64,000 nt of DNA. Source: the human T2T-CHM13v2.0 reference genome, Homo sapiens. The notes under the pieces are model-generated. The model was not told the origin of the DNA, did no database searches, and saw only the letters and a list, made by a program, of their open reading frames with translations. The DNA is taken from the NCBI RefSeq assembly GCF_009914755.1, contig NC_060933.1; one strand, given 5' to 3'. Positions 51,870-64,000 of this stretch are shown piece by piece. The translations under genes and the position numbers were made by a program. Position 1 is the first letter of the stretch. The number at the start of each line of letters is the position of its first letter.

Positions 51870-52075
51870 TGGGAAAGTGCGGAGGAAAGAGCACTGAGTT
51901 TGAGCTGGAAGATCTCTCAGTCACCAGCTGTGTGATTTTAGACAAGTCATTTGATCTCTCCAAGCGTCTGTTTCTACAGCTGTAAAACATGGCTAACAAT
52001 TCTCTTTCATTGATGTGAGGATTAAATGAGCCAACACATATAAAGGACTATATACGTGTATATCTATTATTATCT
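51870..52075 (+). mobile_element. MIR
   Basis: GGAAAGAGCACTG..AGCTGTGTGATTTTAGACAAGTCA..GTGAGGATTAAATGAG. Confidence 0.75.
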
Positions 52076-52844
52076 GAGGTATTTAAAACATCAGAAGTGA
52101 GGTATAAAATCTTGCAATCCACTCATTAGCTCTGTCAGTGGAGAGAAGAAGAACGGATTAAATCTGGCAGGTACTAAGCTTCAAGTTTGATTTAAGTTTC
52201 TTTCCTCCCACTCTCCTATTTGCAAAGAGTTTTCTTCCATTGTTGAGAGTCACTGGAGCTTGGGCCAATTACTTGTGTTGACAAGTCATTAAAGAAAGTC
52301 ATGTAAGCATCTGGCTCTGGAGTCTAGGAGATCAACAGCAGCTCCAGACCCTACCAGGTTGTGTGTAGTTGGAAAAATCTGTCTCTCCCCTTACTGGGCA
52401 CACATGGGCCTGATAGTAGAAGCATGGGCGCCGTTAACTCTGCTTTCAAGAGTGAAGAAGATTGAAAGATTAGCAAGCTGAGCTTTTAAATGGAATTCTT
52501 ATTTTTCTTTTAAATATTTCATTATAATTATTATTATTTACATGTAAGGAAGCATGGGCTTCCTGACAGTATGTACTCACTCAGAGCACATGACTTATTT
52601 ATAATAGTCACCTGAGATTTACTTAATCCAAATATATATTTATAGCCATTATTGTATTTTGTCCACTACATAATAATTATTTTAAAAAATTTGGAAAATC
52701 TGTGTTTATGTTTTTACATTATGCAAAGAGGTCCTTTTAAGTCAAAACACTTAAATAGCAGTACAGTATAGTTAATTGAGAACTAAACTCACACCATAGA
52801 ATTAAGTTGGAAGACCATTCACTTAAGGCAGAATATATATACCG

Positions 52845-52970
52845 CCAACATGTACACACACGCATACAACACCTATACACAGACACGTACACACATATAC
52901 ATGCACACACGTATTTATGTTTGGAAGATATTTATACATATATAAATACACATATACACACACAGATATA
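52845..52970. repeat. Degenerate (CA/TA)n low-complexity tract
   Basis: Read directly. Confidence 0.8.
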
Positions 52971-53184
52971 TAATGGTATGCTGACAGTGTTTAACAACTG
53001 GCTCTTCAAATAAAACAACTCTATAAAACTCACTGTTTTGTAGTTTATCAATTTCCATTGTGTAAATATTCCCATTGTGGCTGATTTTAAGCTACTATGG
53101 TGATGTCACCGAATGTGGAATTGGAAGACATGTGCACAATCAGTTCTCACCAACCAGTATGGGCTGGCTTCAGCACACTGCTGG
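52971..53184 (-). mobile_element. MER63A-like hAT-Blackjack MITE
   Basis: TGTTTAACAACTGGCTCT..GTGTAAATATTCCCA..GCTGGCTTCAGCACACTGCTGG. Confidence 0.8.
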
Positions 53185-53227
53185 ATAGATGCAGTCAGAG
53201 TATAGCCACTGGGTGGATACATACAGA

Positions 53228-53421
53228 TGTCAATGAAGAAAGTCAAACTCTGTAAAATATTTAAAGAGATTTATTCTGAGCCAAATATGAGTGACCATGG
53301 TCCATGACACAGCCCTCAGGCGGTTCTGAGAACAAATTATGGTAAAGAAACATGTTTTGGGGTAAAATATTTTGATTTTCTTCTTTGTCACATAATGTTA
53401 TGCCAGAGTCAGATTGGAAAG
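53228..53421 (-). mobile_element. MER4-family LTR fragment with an internal deletion
   Basis: AGTCAAACTCTGTAAAATATTT..GAGATTTATTCTGAGCCAAATATGAGTGACC. Confidence 0.8.
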
Positions 53422-53716
53422 TGTGGGTGAAGGATTACCCAGGTGCTGAGGCAAGAGACTGAAGGCACAAACTGTAGCAGTATAATAAAGGAAATAGTTA
53501 GAATAAAGAATCGTTATCATACAAATTGGATATAGAGATGATCATGGACAATTATCAATCATTAGTATAAACATTAATCATTAGCTTTTAATATTATTCT
53601 TTGTTACATTACTAACATAACCTAGAAATAAGCGGTGGGTATAGGGTTAGGTGCTGAGGGGACATTGTGAGAAGTGACCTAGAAGGCAAGAGGTAAGCCC
53701 TCTGTCATGCCTGCAT
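53422..53716 (+). mobile_element. LTR13A-like (ERVK) LTR, 5' ~295 bp only
   Basis: TGTGGGTGAAGGATTACCCAGGTGCTGAGGCAAGAGACTGAAGGCACAAAC. Confidence 0.82.
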
Positions 53717-53718
53717 GA

Positions 53719-53870
53719 TGACATACAATAAACTGCACATATTTAAAGTGCATAGCTTGGTAAGTTCCGACAGAAGTATGCACCTGTGAAATGACCACAA
53801 CAATGAAGACTGTGGTCATGTCCATCACCCCCAAAAGTGAAGTCCGGCTTCCTTTGTAATCACTTTGTAA
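53719..53870 (-). mobile_element. Old L1M 3' end fragment
   Basis: TGACATACAATAAACTGCACATATTTAAAGTG..TCCATCACCCCCAAAAGT. Confidence 0.7.
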
Positions 53871-54799
53871 TCTTGTTGTCCACCGCAGGAAACAAGCCAA
53901 ACTGGCCACTTAAATCAAGGCAGGTAAAATTCTAACAGTGTTCAGCTCTTTCTTATTTTCTCCACGCAGCACACGTGTTAAAGCCGACGTCCTTTATAGT
54001 TGGTAGTCTCAAGTCTGACCCAGTGTAGAACCTGTGGGGTAATTAGGGGATAATAAGAAGGGGGCACAGAAAGACACCCAGACCCCTATTTTTAAACAAA
54101 AGATTATTACTCTGATAACTTAGTTATGAGTTTCAATATCTGGATATGACAAAATTTGCCAGTCATATTCAGACAGTAATGCAACTTTTACAACGCATTA
54201 ATTAGGAAAACGAGACATTCTTTTCACTTTGTCCGAGTTCGGTAACCTATCCATCCAGATCTCTTATCTTCTAGCATGGTTTACATACGTCCGTTAGCCT
54301 TTCTTGCTCTGGTTCTCCTCCAGGTTATTTTTGGATCTACCTGCTGGATAGAAAATTAGCAATGAAGAATGACAACAGCAACCTGTTTTTCCCTTGGTTA
54401 TCTGTTCGATCATTCAGTTAGGAAATAATGACTTTTCAGATTTTAGTTGAACATATTTTTACTTCAAAATACAAAAGATACTTAAAATAAGCTTTTTTCA
54501 GTGATGTATATAACAAGGATTATCTTAATTTTTTAGAGTTCCTGGAACTCAAAAGTTCAAAAAGAGAATAGTGAAAAAATTAAGAATAACATATTTGATG
54601 GTTCATATTTCACCTATGTGAAGGTCAAGTTCTTTAAAAATAACTTTAAGTCATTTTACATTGTGAGTCTCAAAGTTTGTTCCTTGATATACAGTATGAA
54701 GTTTTACAATTGTGAGACAAACCCTTAAAAAATCCACTCAATATAAATTCTTTCTTACCCTAGATGAGACAATATTTCAGAAACAGTGCTACTGATGTT

Positions 54800-55010
54800 T
54801 CCTGCTTTAGAGCATTTTATAATTCTTCAAAGCACTTCACTTATACTACTACTTCTGATACTTTCTGTATTGCTGTGAAGCAGGGAAAGTAGTTCTTACT
54901 TCCACTTAAAGATGATGGAAGAAAACTGAGGTCTGAGGGATGAACTGACTTGACTAGAGCTGGTTGATGGTGTTGCTGAGATTAAAACCCAAATTTTCTA
55001 GGCTTTTCCC
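54800..55010 (-). mobile_element. MIR
   Basis: CAAAGCACTTCAC..GAAGAAAACTGAGG..TGACTTG. Confidence 0.6.
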
Positions 55011-56060
55011 TCATCCAGGACTATTTGTGTTCATTTTCCTGATAAGCATAATTTTAGAAAACTGTACCAAATAGTAGATAGGAGAATATATGTATTTTAT
55101 TATCTTACATTACATTCTAAGTGAAGGAATTCCTTATAAGTCATTTCTCTATCTCAGACAAATGAAACTAGCTGAGTTACATGAAAATAAGAGTTTTTGC
55201 TCAAACACTCTTCAACAACAGTCCGGAAATAGTTAAGGGACAAAATCAAATACCCTGTTTGTAGTTCCCCCTTGTGTAGAAAAAAAGACAAAAGAATGAC
55301 CGTTGTACAGGTTCCTGCAGGCAAAGCAAAGGCTGGAACTTCTCCTCCCCATCTGTGTTTATTATGAAAAATACCATTTAATCTTCCACTTTCACTTCCA
55401 ATTGCTGGATTTTTTTTGTTAAAAATAAGAAAAAAATGATGACAACATAAAAATAAAAGGCAAGGCCCAATTAAGAGTCCTCATTGTCTACAGAATAGTT
55501 CTGAACAAATCTCTGCTCTGGGCTCCACCTGTCCTGTCAGCTCCTTAGTGAAGGAGAAAGATAGACGAAGGCCCTGAAATTTCCATGTGAATAGAGAAAA
55601 CCATTTCCCAGGTCCACAGCTGAGAGTAACATAAATGAAACTGTTAAGACAGTCACCAAAGGTAGAGAAAACCAACCAAACAAAAGGCAAACAAAAACAT
55701 TTGTTTTCTTGGCCAGACAGTGCCAAGAGTAAAAAATTAAGATCGTTTAAGGTCAAGAAAGAAAACACTACCACACTGAAGCGGGTGATAAGGCCCTAAG
55801 TCAGCCCCTTGCCAATGTCACAAGCTCTCATGGCTATGGGAACCCCACCAGTTGCTAGTATGAGAAGGACAGATGGAGAAAGAAGATGGAAAACAGGAAG
55901 CCACATACCATTGTGTGTGTGGGTAAGACAAAAGCTGAAGTCATTTGAGCTCTCACTTTAACCTCCTAGGCTATTGGGCTTTGGAACTGTAAGGAGATGG
56001 AAATGGCTTATTTTGAGTAACTCATGGGTTTTGTGTTATTAACATACAGATACACCTTTT

Positions 56061-58264
56061 ATTATTTTTTATTTCAATAGCTGTGGGGGTACAAGTGGTT
56101 TCTGGGTACATGGGTAAACTGTACAGTGGTGAAGTCTAGCATTTTAGTGCACCTGTCACCTGAGTAGTATATATTATACTCAATGGGTAACCGTTCATCT
56201 CTCACCCTCCTCCTATTTCCCTGCTTCTGAGTCTCTAATGTCTGTTACACCACTCCATATGCCTTTGTGTACCCATAGTTTAGCTCCTACTTATAAGTGA
56301 GAACATGCATCGTTTGGTTTTCCATTCCTGAGTTACTTGACTTTGGATAGTGGCCTCTAGTTTCATCCAAGTTACTGTAAGAGACATTATTTTATTTTTT
56401 ATGGCTGAGTAGTATTCCATGATGTATATGTACATTTTCTTTATGAACTCATTGGTTGACTGATGGGCACTTAGGTTGATTCTGTATCTTCGCAATTGTG
56501 AATTCTGCTGTGATAAACATACACGTGCAGGTGTCTTTGGATAGAGTGACTTTTCTTCCTTTGGGTAGATACCCAATAGTGGAATTGCTGAATCAAGTGA
56601 TATGTCTACTTTTAGTTCTTTGAGAACTATCCGTACTGTTTTCAATAGGGGTTGTACTAATTTACATTCCCACCAGCAATATCTAAGTGTTCCTCTTTCA
56701 CCACATTCTTGCCAACAATTATTGTTTTTTGGACTTTTTAATGTCATTTTGACTGGGATAAGTTGGGGTAAGCAGTTTTGCTTTGCATTTTCCTCATAAT
56801 TAGTGATGCTGAGCATTTTTTATCAGATGTTTGCTGGCCATTTATATATCTTCTTTTGAGAAATGTCTGTTTACGTTATTTGCCTACTTTTTAATGGGAT
56901 TATTTCTTTTTCTTTATGACTTGAGTTCCTTGTAGGTTCTGGATATTAGTCCTTTGTCAGATGCATAATTTGCAACCACTTTCTTCCATTCTCTAGGTTG
57001 TCTGTTTACTCTGACAATTATATCTTTTGTTGTACAAAAGCCTTTTAGGTTAATTAGGTCCCATTTATTTTTGTTTTTGTTGCATTTGCTTTTGGGGTCT
57101 TAGCTATAAATTATTTGCCTAAGCCAATGTCCAGAAAAGGTTTTCCTCTAGAATTTTAATGGCATCAAGTCTTAGATTTAAGTATTTAGTCCATTTTGAG
57201 TTAATTTTTGTATATGATGAGACATAGGGATCCAGTTCCATTCTTCTACATGTGGCTATCCAATTTTCCCAGCACCATTGATTGAATAGAGTATCCCTTC
57301 TCCAATTTATGTTTTTGCATACCTTGTCAAAGGTCTGCAGTTGGTTATAAGTATTTGGCGTTATTTCTGGGTTCTCTGTTCCATTTGTTTGTCTATTTTT
57401 ACACCAGTAGCATTCTGTTTTGGTTACTATAGCCTTATAGTATCATTGAAAGTCAGGTAATGTGATGCCTACAGATTTGTTCTTCTTGCTTAGGATTGCT
57501 TTAGCTATTCAGGATTTTTTTGGTTCCATATGAATTTTAGATTTTTTTTTCTAGTTCTGTGAAAAATAATGTTAGCATTTTGATAGGAATTGCAGTAAAT
57601 TTGTATATTGCTTTGGTCAGTATGGTGATTTTCATGATATTCTTCCAATGCATGAGCATGGGATGTATTTCCATTTGTTTGTGTCATCTGTTATTTCTTT
57701 CAGCAGTGTTTTTTAGTTCTTCTCATAGAGATCTTTCACCTCCTTGGTTAAGTATATTCCTAGGTATTTTATTTTTTGTAGCTATTATAAAATGAATTGA
57801 GTTCTTGATTTCATTCTCTGTTGGTTGTTCTCGGGATATAGCGGTGCTACTGACTTATGTTCATTGATTTTGTAACCTGAGACTTTACTAAATTTATTTA
57901 TCAAATCTAGGAGCCTTTTGGAGGAGTATTTAGGGCTCTCTAGCTATAAGATGGTACCATTGGCAAACAGAGATGGTTTGACTTGTCTTTTCCAATTTGG
58001 ATGCCCTTTATTTTTTTCTCTTGCCTGATTGCTCTGGCTTGGACTTCCAATACTATGTTGAATGGAAGTGGTGAAAGTGGGCATCCTTGTCTTGTTTCAG
58101 TTCTTGGGAGAAATGCTTTCACCTTTTCCCCAATTAGTATGATGTTCATTGAGGGTTTGTAATATACGGCTTTTAGTATTTTGAGGTATGTTCCTTCTAT
58201 GCTTAGTTTGTTCAGGGTTTTTATCATAACGGGATGCTGGATTTTATCAAATGCTTTTTCTGTG
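56061..58264 (-). mobile_element. L1PB1-like 5'-truncated LINE (RT fragment to 3' end)
   Basis: ORF 57940..58227 ([15 protein letters not shown]) is RT and ORF 56280..56816 is the ORF2 C-terminus. TSD AGA(TAC/CAT)ACCTTTT at 56048-56060 and 58265-58277. Confidence 0.9.
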
Positions 58265-58744
58265 AGACATACCTTTTCCCTTCACCTTCTTCCATCCACC
58301 TTGCGATTTCTCTTCCAGCCTTCACACATTTTTTCCATGGCTCCAATTTCACCAATGTGTCCCCATTTAGGTCCATCAATTTTCTCGGATTAAATCAGCC
58401 AAATGCCTGCAGAAAATCTGGAAATGCTAAGAAATCTCTCCTTACTCTTCCTTGCCTGTGCTTATGCTAAGCTGGGACCGGTCAGTCATCTTGCCTGCTA
58501 TGACCAGCCCAGTTCCAGTCCAGTGAGCTCTCACATGGGTCTCCTCTTCTCTCTCCCTGTGATGTCAGCCCCTCTCTAATGTTCTTCTAATGGCTCTGCC
58601 TTTCATCTTTTCTACTCCATTCTTTCCTAAATGTTTCCATCAAATTAGTATTTCCTGGATGCCCATTCACTCAGATCACTCTTCCACTCAAAACTTCTCA
58701 GTAACTCTTACATATGTGAGAAAACCTAGTTTGGCCTTCAGCTA

Positions 58745-59810
58745 TGTTGAGGGAGATAGTCCGCTGCCTTGGGTCAGGAGAATCTCTCTCTGCCTGTCCT
58801 CTCTGAGGACACCAAATGAAAGTCCTAACAGTCCTCTGGCCCTGAGGTGTTTTTCTAGCTAGTCACTTGTCATGGCAACAGCAGCCTGACTACCAAGACT
58901 GCTTGCTCCTTGAGAGGAAGGGGACTGCCTTGCTTATTGCTTGCTACAAAGAGTGCTGAGCCTTTGGCTGTGGATTCCTCAGTGGCACCACAATCCACTG
59001 CATGCGTAGCTGTATTTGTGTCCATTGCATCACCCCTTTGGGAAAACGGGACTTTGGATACGGGAGTGTATTAGTCCCAACTAATAGGATAGATGTATAT
59101 GTGAACGGGAGTTTATTAAGGAGAATTGACTCACATGATCACAAGTCAAAGTCCCACGATAGACCATCTACAAGCTGAGGATCAAGGAAGCCAGTCTGAG
59201 TGGTTTGCCAGGGGCTCTCAGGCCTTCGACCACTTCCCTCAGGAGAAGCCAACAGTGCAAGCCTTCAGTCTGTGGCTGAAGGCCTGAGAGCCCCTGGCAA
59301 ACCACTGATGTAAGTCAAGAATCCAAAAGCTAAAGAACTTGCAGTCTGATGTTCGAGGGCAGGAAGCATCCATCACTGGAGAAAGATGAAGGCTGGAAGA
59401 CTCAGCAAGTCAGCTTCTTCCACCTTCTTCTGCTTGCTTTTTCTAGCTGTAATGGCAGCCAATTGTTTGGCACCTGACCACACTGTGGGTGGGTCTTCCT
59501 GAGTGTGGATCTTCCTCTCTCAGTTAACTGACTCAAATGTTCTTCTCTTCTGCCAACACCCAGAAACACCCAGATAAACCCAGAAACAATACTTTGTATC
59601 CTTCAATCCAATCAAGTTGATACTTAATAGTAACCATCCCAGGGAGCCACTGGGAGTGTGCTGATACTTCTGCTGTTTACTATGCTGTGAGGAATGAACC
59701 ATCTTGCATGGATCTATTGAGTCTTATTGTCTACTTCTGCCAACTGTGAAGCTGGCCACACTGACCTGCTTACTTGCTTAGTCTAAGGGGGTGGGTTCTT
59801 TCTGACCAAG
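58745..59810 (+). mobile_element. LTR40-like ERVL LTR split by MLT2A
   Basis: GGATTCCTCAG..CCACTGCATGCGTAGC before the insert and TGCTGTGAGGAATGAA after it. Confidence 0.5.
59067..59641 (-). mobile_element. MLT2A (A2-like) solo LTR of HERV-L
   Basis: TGTATTAGTC...CCTTCAATCCAATCAAGTTGA..TAACCATCCCA; perfect TSD GGGAG. Confidence 0.9.
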
Positions 59811-60625
59811 TGTTTTTATTTTTATTTTTTGTTTTTTTGGGGTTTTTAAAAATAATCTACCTCCCACAATTCTTTCTAGTGCTGGATATTTATTGTTTAA
59901 TGAGTCAAGCATCAACCAAACTCATGAAACCAATTTGTTTAATGAATCCTCAGCGCCAGCCAAATTAAGCTGGGCTCTTTTCACTTAGAAACCCACTACT
60001 TATTCACATCTGCTTATGCCTTTGCCGTCACCTGGAGTTGTCATTTCTTGCATCACACCGTGTTCAAATTCTTCTCTTCCACTAACAGCCACCTCTACTG
60101 CTACCAGCCATCATAGTCTGAGTTAATTAATCTCTTCTTCCTTTGTTCCTTTGACCTCCCATAGGGCATTAAATGCACCTCTCATACAACACTGATTAAG
60201 TATTTGTACTTACACATTTAGGCATTTTCAATTATCTTCCAAAACAATAGGAATTTGTTAGATACTTGACATATGTCAGAAAGGGAACTATTTGTAGAAA
60301 ATGTTGGAAATGCAAAATGAATAAGATATGGTCCCTACCCACATTAACTCTCATTCTGTAACAAAATAATCTTGAATAAAGTGAATAAAAGTATAAATTC
60401 TATCATAAGAGTGTTTTACTGAATTCTTATGATAGTACAGCAGGGGCTACAATTCTCCATGAATGGAAGGTCTAGGAAAGCTTTAAGGACAAGGGTACAT
60501 TTTTTTCCTATGTTTGTCACTTATGCCCATGGGCATGGGGCTTGTCTACCTTCCTTACTAGTTTAGTTTTAAAAAGGCTATATTGTGTCATCTTTGAATC
60601 CCTCACAATAAACCAAAGTATTCGC

Positions 60626-60742
60626 TTAAATAAGTGGATACTTATTTAAATAATTTTAACTTAAATAATAATTTTAACTTAAATAATTTTAGTTAAATAA
60701 ATTAAGTAAAATTAGTTAATTTAGTTTAAATAGTTATTTAAT
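60626..60742. repeat. AT-rich hairpin plus short tandem units (AATAATTTTAACTTA-like)
   Basis: Read directly. Confidence 0.75.
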
Positions 60743-61029
60743 ACTGAATTTAGGTACATTTATTGAACACTACTAGGTACAAGGCAATAAACTAAGAACT
60801 AGGTAACATACATCTTTTAATAAAGGTACTCCTGCCTTAGGGAAGTGCAACCTCTTAGCTACTGATGTCCATAAGGCTATACGGAGAGGATCTCAATCTC
60901 CTACGGGAATGTGTGCCATCTTTATTTACGATGTTCAGATTTAACTTAAATCATTGCCCTAATATAATTTATTTCAATAGGATTGTCACCGTATTTGTAC
61001 AGTTTTTATATGTGGCATACTTGTATTCA

Positions 61030-61280
61030 CTTTTAAAGGCTCAGTTCAAATGTTATCTCAAAGTCTTTTTTGATCTCCACACTTAGAAAAACTTAACTGT
61101 TCCCTGCTCTCTGCTCCTATGTCATTTGTTTGTATCTTTATTGTGTCTGTGTGTGTTTAATGCATCAATTTCGTCTTTAACAGTGAGCTCCTTGAAGGGA
61201 AGTATTTTTCTCCATTTTATTAGGGCCTCTCAAAGTGATTGGCACTTAGGAAGTACTCAATAAATATTTAATGAATTAAT
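61030..61280 (+). mobile_element. L2 3' end
   Basis: AAGGCTCAGTTCAAATGT..GTGAGCTCCTTGAAGG..ACTCAATAAATATT. Confidence 0.7.
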
Positions 61281-61367
61281 CCAAAACTGTTCCTCGTCTA
61301 AACTTCTGACAGCTTGATCAAGCAACTGTAGTCAAACATAATTTAGAAGTGAACTTTAAATGTTATT

Positions 61368-62350
61368 GTGACTAAGGACCTGCATTTAGAATATATAAAG
61401 ACCTCTCATAAGTCAATAATAAGAAGACAGCCCAATAAAAAATAGGCAAAGGTTTAATTAGACACTTTATAATAGATTTACAAGTGACCAGTAAGTCATG
61501 AAGAAGGTGGTCAATGTCACTAGTCACCAAGAAAATGCAAATAAAACCATAATAAGATACCATTTATCAAACCATAATAAAATACCGTTTCATGACCTTG
61601 AGAATGGTTAAAATGAAAAGTGACAAAACCCAGCGTTAGTCAGATGTGGAGCAACTGGAACGTGAAAACATTGCTGGTGGGAGTGTAAAATGTTACTGCT
61701 ACTTTTAAAACCAGTTCATTACTTTCTAAAGCAAAACATATACCACACTTACAATATAGCCCAGCAATTCCACTCTTAGGTATTTACCCATGAGAAATGA
61801 AAAGCTACGTCCACACAAAGACTTCATAAATATTCATAATAGCTTTAATCTTGAAACAATCTAAGTGCCTATCAACAGGTAATTGAATAGACAAAATAGG
61901 GTATATCCATTCAATGCAATTCTACTGAACATTGAAATGAAAAGGATACAGATACATGCAATAACATGAATAACACTCAAGATTGTTTTGCTGAGTATAA
62001 GAAAGAAGCCAGACTAAAAATATGACACCCATGTCTAATTCTATTTATATAAAAATCCTAGAAAATGCAAACTCATCTATATTGACACAGAGCAAATGAA
62101 TGGTTGCCTGGGATGAGATGGAGGTAGTGATAGATAGAAAAAAGGCCCATGGAAACTTTTGGGGGTGATCAAATGTTTGTTATCTTGATTATGGTGACGG
62201 TTTTGCTGGTGTGAGTCCATATATGTGTGTGTATGTGCATTTGTGTGTGTGTGTGGGTATGTCAAACCAATCAAAGTGTACATTTTAAATATCTGTAGCT
62301 TATCTGTAAATTGTATGGTAATGAGTTATATCTCTAGAAAGCAAGAAAAG
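61368..62350 (+). mobile_element. L1ME/L1MB8-like 3' fragment
   Basis: AAATGCAAATAAAACCA, CCCAGCAATTCCACTCTTAGGTATTTACCCA and GGAAACTTTTGGGGGTGAT. Confidence 0.8.
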
Positions 62351-63302
62351 TAGTATTAATTTTAAAAATAAATGCTACCATGTCTCATAAAAACAATGAA
62401 AAATGAAGTGACAAAACACAACCTGAAAAGCATCATTTGAAACTGCCCTTGATAGCTGTCACAATGTTGCCACACTGAGTACAATCCAAGCACAATTGAA
62501 GGGTACCTGCCTCCACAAATAGCATTTGGAACTCATTGAGATTGGCTGCATCGCACAGGCTATGGGACTAATACAGGAAACACTGGGGAATGTTTAGGGG
62601 ACTTTTATGTTCAATTCAGATGTTAAATTGAAATAAAGCTCATCTGAGAAATGTCTACAGCACATTTTCCCCTAGCCTGAAATTCCTTGATAATGTTGCT
62701 ATTAGAGGACAAGACAAATACTAGTATCATCCTTGTTGGCTAGCAATATTACAGTAGGCTTTTACATATAGGAATGATGTTTTGATTGTGAAGATATGTA
62801 AGGATGAGGAGTGATACAGTGGGATTCTGTCCTCCAGAAGCATAGGGTCTAACGGGAAAACATGACATAAATACCACCAAGAAAGATGTGGTTTATAAAT
62901 TATGCACAAGAATCAAGAAAAGATTCACAGACAGATGAGTGAACAGCCTTCTGCCTTTGTGAGCAGGCTGAACAAAAGCTTCAGAGCTTAGAATTTGGCA
63001 TTTGGATTTTAGATGGCCAGAAAATTTCATAAAATCTTAAATTTTTTAAATTTGGTTTATATAAATTTGATTCATATAAATATAAATAAAGTATGGCTGT
63101 GCTTATGGATACAGATACAAACAGATCTTCTCCTCTGAGGCTGTCCATGGTATGAAACTCACACTCTATAGTGAAGAAACCTTTGGCTTAAAGACATTTT
63201 AAAGAAAGAAAAAGATAGAAGGTGGGATTGTGGGTGTCTTGAATAAATAGTGTTTATAAAGCACATTTTGGAAAATTTTATCAAAGTAGATGACTTTAAG
63301 AT

Positions 63303-63420
63303 GCTGTGTGTGTGTGCATGTGTATGTGTGTGTGAAAGGGAGAGAGTGGGAAGGAGGGAGAGGGAGATAAAGGCAGAGATAGAGAAAGATAGATACACAA
63401 AGCCTGACATAGAGAGATTG
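63303..63420. repeat. (TG)n / GA-rich low-complexity tract
   Basis: Read directly. Confidence 0.8.
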
Positions 63421-64000
63421 AGCTAGCGAGAGCAAGTGTTTGCATGTATTTAGAAAACTTCCATGTGTGTCTTTGGAACAATGGCTATTTTTCTTCCTCT
63501 ATCTTTTTGTGTTTTCTTTTTTTACCAAGAATTTTTCCTAAATTTGTCATCTTAGTCATCTAAGATGACATGAAAAACCATGCATTAAGTGGCAAGGAGA
63601 GTTGACTTACCTGCTGTGTTCCTGAGACACCTGTGGAAGAGATCTGTTAGTCTTAACTTGCAGCTGGAGCCCTAACAGTAGTGTCAGTCATCGGGTAGAA
63701 GTCAATAATGAAAGAATTTTAAAAGCCTGTCCATATTCCCATGCCACCCAGATTCCTTAAGTGCCATGAGAAGCAAAATTCTGACAGGGATTTTTTTGTT
63801 TTTGTTTTTTACTTTAATCAACTTGGGAATGGTGTAGCTTCACTAAGTCTATGAAAAGTAAGAAAGAAAAAGGAAAAAGAGACAATAATATTCTTGTCCT
63901 TTTCATATGTTTGGAGAGCTCTTTGTTGCTACTAATATGGGATTTGTTTCAACATAAAAACTGGTTAAGGAAGTGGGAGGAAGGGGGCGGAGTTCTTGGG

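Noticed and set aside
56280-58227. ORFs with RT and ORF2 C-terminal similarity
   Set aside because: These are frameshifted pieces of a 5'-truncated L1PB, not a functional reverse-transcriptase system.
37467-59646. Identical GGGAG TSD for two different LTRs (37472 and 59067)
   Set aside because: The families are unrelated and a shared 5-mer is most likely coincidence.

Overview
Primate (human-like) non-coding genomic DNA, AT-rich and dominated by interspersed repeats. These include Alu (FLAM/J-arm, Sp, Sx, Y), L1 of several ages, L2, L3/CR1, MIR, many LTR elements (THE1, MST, MLT1, MLT2, LTR1, MER50, MER4, LTR13A, LTR16/33/40 and others) and DNA transposons (Blackjack, MER44, MER30, MER20B, MER63, MER85, MER102/103). 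I find no supportable protein-coding exon, RNA gene or CRISPR array. The ORFs that resemble known proteins are decayed L1 ORF2, ERV-L pol or hAT transposase remnants. I see no new multi-gene system. The best signals are structural: (1) a 203-bp insert with a perfect 15-bp TSD, an A-tail and a tiny inverted L1 3'UTR tag, read as a near-orphan L1 3' transduction with twin priming; (2) a 35-bp-arm inverted duplication inside an MLT2A LTR and several smaller fold-back scars; (3) a Blackjack transposon stretched to 7.5 kb by nested insertions; (4) a local ~295-bp duplication of mostly unique DNA; (5) a solo LTR1 with a TATA box, no polyA signal and a downstream splice donor; (6) an ERV1-class 5' LTR with a tRNA-His PBS. 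Subfamily names come from recalled consensus sequences, not a RepeatMasker run. Boundaries without TSDs are approximate.
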